Both the position numbers and the translations under genes were made by a program. Positions 57,406 through 64,000 of a DNA stretch of 64,000 nt are shown here, in pieces (the stretch's first letter is position 1; each line of letters begins with the position of its first letter). Below the pieces are notes generated by a model. It worked only from the letters and a program-made list of their open reading frames with translations. It was not told the DNA's origin and made no database searches. This stretch comes from Dehalococcoidia bacterium (GTDB taxonomy: Bacteria; Chloroflexota; Dehalococcoidia; SM23-28-2; HRBIN24), in NCBI GenBank assembly GCA_032249735.1, contig JAVVHA010000001.1, positions 2,588-66,587 on the forward strand, written 5' to 3'.

Positions 57406-58289
57406 ATCTGGTGGTAGAAGGCCTCCAGGTAGCGACGCCGCTGGTGTTCCTGGGTGACGTGCATGTAGATCTGGGTGCTGGTGGGGCTGGTATGCCCCAA
57501 CAGCTCCTGAACCACCCGCAGGTCGGCCCCTCCGTCCAGCATGTGGGTGGCAAAGGTGTGGCGCAGCAGGTGGGGCCAGACGCGACGGTCGATGCCTGCC
57601 CTTTGGGCGTAACGGCGGACGATGGCTTGGACGGAGCGGGCAGAGAGGCGTTGTCCATCCCTCATGTTGAGAAACAGGGCCTGCTGGTAGGGCTGGCGCA
57701 GGAGGGCCGGGCGCCCATCCCTCAAGTAGCGGCGGAGGGCTTGCACCGCTGGCCGCCCCATAAGGACGAGCCTCTCCTTGCCGCCTTTGCCCCGCACGCG
57801 GGCTATCCCCTCTAAAAGGTCTACATCGCCCACGTCCAGTCCGGTAACCTCGCTCACCCGAAGGCCGCAGGCGTAGAGAAGCTCCAGGAGGGCGCGGTCG
57901 CGCAGCTCACCGGGGCTTGCGCCGGAGGCGGCTTCGATGAGGGCGGTCACCTGCTCCGGCGAGAGATAGGCTGGGAGGCGTCGGGGCCTCTTGGGTCCGC
58001 GCACGCCTGAGAGGGGGTCGTGCTCCAGGTGCCCTTCCTGCACCAGGAAGCGCAGGAAAGTGCGAATGGTGCTCACCTTGCGCGCGATGCTGGCTGGGGC
58101 CACCCCGTCTTGTGAGAGCCGTGCTAGGTAATGGCGAAAGGCCTGGCGGGAGAGGGTCTGCAGGGAGAGGGCTTCCTCCTGTAGGAACTGGAGGAAGTGG
58201 GAGAGGTCGGAGAGGTAGTTGCGGATGGTATAGGGGGAGAGGTTTCGCCCCTGCAAGTGTTGGCGGTAGGAGTCCAGCAGGGAGTCCAT
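57384..58289 (-). CDS. xerC: Tyrosine recombinase XerC/XerD
   Basis: A core-binding N-terminal domain, the catalytic LRHTFATHML...GHTSPTSTQIYMHV (R..HxxR..Y), and housekeeping topA-xerC synteny. Confidence 0.8.
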   Translation of the reverse strand: MDSLLDSYRQHLQGRNLSPYTIRNYLSDLSHFLQFLQEEALSLQTLSRQAFRHYLARLSQDGVAPASIARKVSTIRTFLRFLVQEGHLEHDPLSGVRGPKRPRRLPAYLSPEQVTALIEAASGASPGELRDRALLELLYACGLRVSEVTGLDVGDVDLLEGIARVRGKGGKERLVLMGRPAVQALRRYLRDGRPALLRQPYQQALFLNMRDGQRLSARSVQAIVRRYAQRAGIDRRVWPHLLRHTFATHMLDGGADLRVVQELLGHTSPTSTQIYMHVTQEHQRRRYLEAFYHQIHRPREG

Positions 58290-58297
58290 AAAAGGCC

Positions 58298-60568
58298 TCA
58301 GGAGGTGGGTTCGGCGAGGGCCTGGGGCTCCCCCTGCCAGTGGCACTGGGTGCAGCGGGCCCCCTGGCTGCCATGGGCCAGGAGGAGCCCACCACAGGCG
58401 GGGCAAGGCTCGGGCAGGGGGCGGTGTCTCACGGTGTAATCGCATTCTGGATAACGGGAGCAGCCGTAGAAGGGACGGCGACGCTGGTCGCGCCGCTCCA
58501 CCAGCTCCCCACCACACTTAGGGCAGGAGGCGCCGGTACCCAGGGGGCGGCGACCCCGGCATTGGGGGAAGCGGGAGCAGGCCAGGAAGCGGCCGTAACG
58601 CCCTTCCCTGACCACCATGGGGGAGTCACACTCGGGGCAACGGTAGTCGGATAAGGGCCTCTCCTCCCCTTCTATGGGGCGGGAGAAGCGGCACTGCGGG
58701 AAGGTGGAGCAGGAGAGGAAGCGGCCTCGCCGCCCCCAGCGCACCACTAAGGCACTCCCGCATTGAGGGCAGCTCTCGTCGGTGACCTGCATGGCCTTGG
58801 GCGCTGCCTCCGCCCGTTGCAATGCCGCCTGCAGGGGCACATAGAAGCCTTGCACCACCGGCTGCCACGGCCGCTCGCCGCGGGCGATCTCATCCAGCCG
58901 ATCCTCCATCTCGGCGGTAAACTCCACGTCCACGAACTGGGGAAAGTATTGCACCAGCATGTCGGCCACCACCATGCCCAGCTCCGTGGGGCGCAAGTAG
59001 CGGCCCTCGCGAACGACATAGCCCCTCTCCAGCAGGGTGGCGATAATGGTGGCATAGGTGCTGGGGCGACCGATCCCCTTCTCCTCCAAGGCCTTGATTA
59101 GCGCTGCCTCGGTATAACGACGCGGGGGCTCGGTGAAATGCTGACGAGGCTCGAGGCCCAGCAACGCCAGCACGTCGCCTGGGGCCAGTGGGGGCAGCTC
59201 CAGGCTCTCTTCATCCTCTTCCTCCTCATCAGAGCCCTCGCTGTAAAGCTGGCGATAGCCCGGGAAGACGAGGACGGAGCTGGAGGCCCTCAGTAGCAAC
59301 CCCCTCTCGCCTGGTGCCTCGGCTGCGATGTCCGCTGACCGCACCTCGCTGCGGGCGTCGGCCATCTGGCAGGCCACTGTCCGCTGCCAGATAAGGCGAT
59401 AGAGCTGGAACTGGTCATCGGTCAGGTAGGGGCGGATGGATTCAGGTTCGCGGAAGATGGATGTGGGCCTTATGGCCTCATGGGCCTCCTGGGCGTTCTT
59501 GACCTTGGTCTTATACTGGCGAGGGCTTGTCGGTAGGAACTCCTTACCGAACCGCTGGAGAATGAAGCGGCGGGCCTCCTCTACGGCCACCTGGGCCAGG
59601 TGGGTGGAGTCGGTGCGCATGTAGGTGATGAGGCCTATCTCGCCTTGGTCGCCTAGAGGGATCCCTTCATATAGTTGCTGGGCGATGGCCATGGTCTTCT
59701 GGGCACTGAACCCCAGCCGACGGGCTGCCTCCTGCTGAAGGGTGCTGGTGATGAAGGGTGGAGGGGGCCGGCGGGGCTGCACCCGTTTGTCAAATTTGGT
59801 CACCAGGTAGGTGGCGGAGGACAGGAGCGACACCAGGCGCTGGGCCTCCGCCTCATTGGGGATCTCTAGCTTGCCCTTGTCGTCGATGTACCCAACCAGG
59901 CGGGCACGGAAGGAGGCATCGTCCTTGGCCAGGATAGCGTCGATGGTCCAGTATTCTTGGGGGGAGAAGCCCTGGATCTCCCGCTCCCTCTCCACCAAAA
60001 GGCGGAGGGCTACCGATTGCACCCTCCCGGCGGACAGACCGCCCCGCACCTTCCGCCATAGGAAGGGGCTCAGAAGGTAGCCCAGCAGACGGTCGAGGAT
60101 GCGGCGCGCCTGCTGGGCCTCCACCAGGTGCATATCGATGTCCCGCGGGTGACGAAAGGCGTCCTGGATGGCCTGGGAGGTGATCTCGTGGAAGACCACC
60201 CTCTTATATGGCCGCCGGGCTAGGTCGGCGGCTTGCAAAAGGTGCCAAGCGATGGCCTCCCCCTCGCGGTCGGGGTCCGTAGCCAGGTAGATGGTGCGGG
60301 CCCGTTGGGCGGCCTCCTTTATGCGGCGGAGGGCTTTCTCCTTCTCCTTGATGAGGACGTAGGTGGGCAGGAAGCCTTTCCCCACATCCACGCCTAGGCC
60401 GCGCTTGGGGAGGTCGCGCACATGGCCGAGAGAGGGTAAGACCTCGTAACCCCGCCCCAAGATGTTGGCAAGGGTGCGGGCCTTGGCCGGGGACTCCACC
60501 ACCACGAGGTCGTGCCCATCGCCGTCGGCCTTGCTTTGGCCGTCAGGGCGCGTGGGGAGCGCGCACAT
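58298..60568 (-). CDS. topA: DNA topoisomerase I with C-terminal zinc-ribbon repeats
   Basis: A TOPRIM N-terminus (LVVVESPAKA), the catalytic Tyr region, and four C4 zinc ribbons (CPQCGS, CPECDS, CPKCGG, CPACGG). Confidence 0.9.
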   Translation of the reverse strand: MCALPTRPDGQSKADGDGHDLVVVESPAKARTLANILGRGYEVLPSLGHVRDLPKRGLGVDVGKGFLPTYVLIKEKEKALRRIKEAAQRARTIYLATDPDREGEAIAWHLLQAADLARRPYKRVVFHEITSQAIQDAFRHPRDIDMHLVEAQQARRILDRLLGYLLSPFLWRKVRGGLSAGRVQSVALRLLVEREREIQGFSPQEYWTIDAILAKDDASFRARLVGYIDDKGKLEIPNEAEAQRLVSLLSSATYLVTKFDKRVQPRRPPPPFITSTLQQEAARRLGFSAQKTMAIAQQLYEGIPLGDQGEIGLITYMRTDSTHLAQVAVEEARRFILQRFGKEFLPTSPRQYKTKVKNAQEAHEAIRPTSIFREPESIRPYLTDDQFQLYRLIWQRTVACQMADARSEVRSADIAAEAPGERGLLLRASSSVLVFPGYRQLYSEGSDEEEEDEESLELPPLAPGDVLALLGLEPRQHFTEPPRRYTEAALIKALEEKGIGRPSTYATIIATLLERGYVVREGRYLRPTELGMVVADMLVQYFPQFVDVEFTAEMEDRLDEIARGERPWQPVVQGFYVPLQAALQRAEAAPKAMQVTDESCPQCGSALVVRWGRRGRFLSCSTFPQCRFSRPIEGEERPLSDYRCPECDSPMVVREGRYGRFLACSRFPQCRGRRPLGTGASCPKCGGELVERRDQRRRPFYGCSRYPECDYTVRHRPLPEPCPACGGLLLAHGSQGARCTQCHWQGEPQALAEPTS

Positions 60569-61649
60569 AGGTCATAGCACCTACCTGTTGCACCAGGCCT
60601 TTCAATTCTAGGATAGCCAATGTGCTGCTAACGGTTGCTACGGGCAACCCGGAGAGGTGGCACACCTCGTCCACATGGCGGGGCTCATGAGTCAGGAGCT
60701 GTAATAGCTGGCCTTCCACCCCCTCTAAGGGGGGCTGTGGGCGCGGCCCCTGGCGGAGAGGGGCCTGAAGGGCGGTGACGGCACTCACATTGAGCTCCTC
60801 CAGGATGTCCTCGGCCTGTTGCACTAGCTTGGCCCCCTGTTGTATGAGCCAGTGGGGTCCCCGGCTCTGGGGAGAGTAAATGGGGCCAGGGACAGCGAAG
60901 ACGTCCCGGCCCTGTTCCACCGCCCATTTGGCGGTGATGAGGGCGCCGCTATCGATATCGCCTTCCACCACCAACACCCCCAGGCTGAGGCCGGACATGA
61001 TGCGGTTGCGCCGGAAGAAGTACTCGCTGCGGGGCTGGGTGCCCAGAGGGTAATCGCTCACCAGGGCCCCTCTTTCCAAGATGCGCCGGGCCAGGTCCAC
61101 ATGTTCTGGGGGGTATACCAGGTCCAGGCCACAGGCCAAGACAGCCACCGTAGTGCCACCGGCCTCTAGGGCAGCGGTGTGGGCGGCTGCATCGATGCCT
61201 CGGGCCAGGCCGCTGACGACTGTTATGCCGGCCTGCGCCAGAGCAAGGGATAGCTGGGTGGCCACCTGGCGGCCATAAGCCGTGGGGCGTCGCGTCCCCA
61301 CCACAGCCACCGCCACCCCTTTGAGAGCGGCGGGATGGCCACGCACGTAGAGGACGGGCGGAGGGTCGCTTATCTCCCGCAGTAGGGGCGGGTAGTCGGG
61401 GTGGCGCCAGGTGAGGGCGGTGACGCCCAAGCGAGTCAGCCTCTCCATCTCCCTCTCGGGAGAGATGGTAGGGCGCTTTTGCATCACTTGGGCCACGGTG
61501 CGGGCATCCAGCCCCGCTGCCCGCAGCTCGCTGGCATCGGCCCGCCATGCCTGGGCGAGGCTGCCGAAGTATCCCTCGAGCATCTGGATACGGGCGCGGC
61601 CGATGCCCGGGATGCGGCTGAAGGCTACCCAGAAAGATGTCTCCTCCAT
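60543..61649 (-). CDS. dprA: DNA processing protein DprA (Smf)
   Basis: Rossmann-like GxARGID (GLARGIDAAAH), TVAVLACGLD, and a C-terminal winged-helix region. Confidence 0.85.
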   Translation of the reverse strand: MEETSFWVAFSRIPGIGRARIQMLEGYFGSLAQAWRADASELRAAGLDARTVAQVMQKRPTISPEREMERLTRLGVTALTWRHPDYPPLLREISDPPPVLYVRGHPAALKGVAVAVVGTRRPTAYGRQVATQLSLALAQAGITVVSGLARGIDAAAHTAALEAGGTTVAVLACGLDLVYPPEHVDLARRILERGALVSDYPLGTQPRSEYFFRRNRIMSGLSLGVLVVEGDIDSGALITAKWAVEQGRDVFAVPGPIYSPQSRGPHWLIQQGAKLVQQAEDILEELNVSAVTALQAPLRQGPRPQPPLEGVEGQLLQLLTHEPRHVDEVCHLSGLPVATVSSTLAILELKGLVQQVGAMTYVRAPHAP

Positions 61650-61692
61650 GGCCTGAAGCCAGATTGTAGCATGGGTAACGAGTCAGGCAAGG

Positions 61693-62829
61693 TCACATCT
61701 GGGAGGGGCCTCTGGTTCGGGTTATCCGCACCCTGCGAATACGCCTTCCCGTCACCGACAGCACCCTGAGGAGGAGGCCGTCCACCTCCACCTGGTCCCC
61801 CGTGACGGGCATGCGGCCCAGCCGGTGGTATATGAAGCCCCCCACCGTCTCGAACTCATCCCCCTCCAGCTGCACGCCGAAGAGCTCCTCCAGCACCTCC
61901 GTGCTGACGCGAGCGTCCACCACGGCCTCGTCCTCGCTAAGACGCTGGACGGGCTCCTCCTCCACATCGAACTCGTCCACGATTTCCCCCACGATCTCCT
62001 CCAACAAGTCCTCCAGGGTCACCAGGCCTGCCGTGCCCCCATACTCGTCCACTACTATGGCGATGGAGAGGCGATGTTTTTGCATCTCCGTGAGCAGCTC
62101 CAGGACGCGCTTGGTCTCGGGGACGAAGTAAGCGGGCCGAGCCACATCTCGCACCTTTACGGGCCCTGCCTTGTCCACCAGGAGGCGGAGGACTTCCCGG
62201 GCATGGACCATCCCTATGATGTTGTCGATGGTCTCCTTGTAGACGGGGATGCGGCTGAAGCCGCGGCGGACGATGGTCTCGGCCACCTCTTGCAGATCGG
62301 CCTCGGCGTCCACCGCCACGATGTCGATGCGGGGCACCATCACCTCTCGCACTGTGGTGGTCCCCAACTCCATCACCGCCCTGATCATGGCCGCTTGGGC
62401 GGTGGAAGGGGTGACCCCCAAGAGGTGGGAGACAGCATCTACTAATGAGGGGGAGCCCTTACCGTCTGGGAGGAGGGAGTGGGACAGGAACTGGGCTAGG
62501 GTGGCCCATGCCCTCCACGCTGCTCCTTCCTTGGGCAAAACACGGCCCCACGCCATGGCCAGCAGAGAGCCCCCTCCCCACGCGGCCAGGGCCAGGACGC
62601 TGCCTAGGGGCCATGCCCAAAGGCCGTGCCATCGCGTCGTGAGCCAAAGGGCAGAGGCAGCAGCCATGATGGCCGTGGCCGCCCGCACCAGGTCGGCGTA
62701 GGTGGGGCAGCCCCTTGGCCCCAGGCCCCGCCCATGGTGCAGTAGCGGCACCATGGGCGGAGTTACCATGCCTGTCAGGAGGAGGGAGAGGAAGAGAAAG
62801 GACAGAGCAAGCCAGCTACTGCCGTCCAC
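61693..62829 (-). CDS. CNNM/HlyC-family transporter (DUF21-CBS pair-CorC_HlyC)
   Basis: A DUF21 membrane domain, a CBS pair ([10 protein letters not shown]...IIGMVHARE) and a C-terminal CorC_HlyC region. Confidence 0.8.
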   Translation of the reverse strand: MDGSSWLALSFLFLSLLLTGMVTPPMVPLLHHGRGLGPRGCPTYADLVRAATAIMAAASALWLTTRWHGLWAWPLGSVLALAAWGGGSLLAMAWGRVLPKEGAAWRAWATLAQFLSHSLLPDGKGSPSLVDAVSHLLGVTPSTAQAAMIRAVMELGTTTVREVMVPRIDIVAVDAEADLQEVAETIVRRGFSRIPVYKETIDNIIGMVHAREVLRLLVDKAGPVKVRDVARPAYFVPETKRVLELLTEMQKHRLSIAIVVDEYGGTAGLVTLEDLLEEIVGEIVDEFDVEEEPVQRLSEDEAVVDARVSTEVLEELFGVQLEGDEFETVGGFIYHRLGRMPVTGDQVEVDGLLLRVLSVTGRRIRRVRITRTRGPSQM

Positions 62830-63586
62830 CGCCGTCCCCGGCGCCCCTACGGGTCAAAGGGCGCGCCGGCACCCCCACCACCGTGGCCCCTGCAGGCACG
62901 TCCCTCACCACCACCGAGCCTGCCCCCGTTATGGCTCCCTCGCCCACCCGCACTGGCGCCACTAGCATGGTGCCGCTGCCGATGAAGGCCCTATCCTCGA
63001 TGACCGTCTGATGCTTCTGGTGCCCATCGAAGTTGCAGGTGACGGTTCCGGCCCCTATGTTGACGCCTTCCCCCACTTGGGCGTCGCCCACATAGCTGAA
63101 GTGGTTCACCTGAGTCCCCTTGCCGAGGTGGGAGTTCTTGACCTCTGCGTAGTTGCCCACCCGCACCCCGTCCTCGAGATGTGAGCCATGGCGGATGTGG
63201 GCGAAGGGCCCCACCTGCACCTCCTGGCCCAACACCGCCCCTTCTACCACCGAGGCCACCACTCGGCACCCATCGCCGATGATGGAATCGACGATGATGG
63301 TGTTAGGCCCCAGGTGGCAGCCCCGGCCCACCACGGTGTGGCCAGTCACCACCGTGTTGGCATATATGACTGTGTCTGGGCCTAATTGCACCTCGGGGCC
63401 TATGGACACAGTGAGAGGGTCCTCCACCGCCACCCCCATTTCCTGTAGCTGGGCCCATGTCTCCAGTCGCTGGTGGAGGATCTGGCGCCAGCGCCGTTCT
63501 AAGGCTCTTAGCTTGGCCTGTGGATCCACACGCCCTCGCACCATCTCGCTACAACTCCCTACCGGTTCCTGGGCGGGCGCCTTCAT
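62816..63586 (-). CDS. Left-handed beta-helix (hexapeptide-repeat) acyltransferase, GlmU C-terminal-domain-like
   Basis: Repeated [LIV]G..x..x hexapeptides and NFDG...TVIEDRAFIGSGT, like the GlmU acetyltransferase domain; no N-terminal uridyltransferase domain. Confidence 0.6.
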   Translation of the reverse strand: MKAPAQEPVGSCSEMVRGRVDPQAKLRALERRWRQILHQRLETWAQLQEMGVAVEDPLTVSIGPEVQLGPDTVIYANTVVTGHTVVGRGCHLGPNTIIVDSIIGDGCRVVASVVEGAVLGQEVQVGPFAHIRHGSHLEDGVRVGNYAEVKNSHLGKGTQVNHFSYVGDAQVGEGVNIGAGTVTCNFDGHQKHQTVIEDRAFIGSGTMLVAPVRVGEGAITGAGSVVVRDVPAGATVVGVPARPLTRRGAGDGGGRQ

Positions 63587-63637
63587 CCTATCTGGGCTCG
63601 GAGATAGGTGTCAAGTCTAGGGGGCAGGGAGGGGGCA

Positions 63638-64000
<363 letters not shown>

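Noticed and set aside
57384-58289. Tyrosine recombinase as evidence for an integrated mobile element next to the split TauE genes
   Set aside because: It has full XerC/XerD motifs and sits in the conserved housekeeping dprA-topA-xerC neighbourhood. No attachment-site repeats, phage or transposon genes flank it.

Overview
This is a gene-dense, high-GC (by eye roughly 65-70 %) stretch of bacterial chromosome with the look of a thermophile (Chloroflexi- or Deinococcus-Thermus-like). Many genes have overlapping stop/start codons, which suggests translational coupling.

The first 7.5 kb, on the minus strand, is a type I (I-B-like) CRISPR-Cas gene set in the order cas8-cas7-cas5-cas3(HD+helicase)-cas4-cas1-cas6. 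cas6 runs off the window edge at position 1. There is no cas2 between cas1 and cas6, and no CRISPR array inside the window. This non-canonical order is the most interesting feature. The operon appears to have its own near-leaderless promoter embedded in the 3' end of an upstream ClbS/DfsB-like gene.

The rest of the window is housekeeping. The genes are: uvrA; modABC; an M50 protease plus an HD protein; tyrA-aroA; two tandem remA (DUF370) paralogs followed by gmk; an archaeal-style nurA-herA-sbcD(mre11)-sbcC(rad50) operon behind a near-consensus sigma-70 promoter; tRNA-Phe(GAA); rlmD-maf-pcrA; an archease / alpha-beta hydrolase / rtcB RNA-repair cluster; mazG; an FmdB zinc-ribbon gene 7 nt downstream of rpoD in the ppsA-dgt-dnaG-rpoD block; glmS, ispH, plsC and cmk; an acyl-CoA dehydrogenase; xseAB; efp-pepP-aroQ; a split TauE/SafE exporter encoded as two half-size genes; xerC-topA-dprA; and the 5' end of alaS.

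Gene calls rest on reading conserved motifs in the supplied translations. I could run no database searches. Coordinates read off the printed sequence may be off by 1-2 nt, so ORF-track coordinates are used wherever possible.
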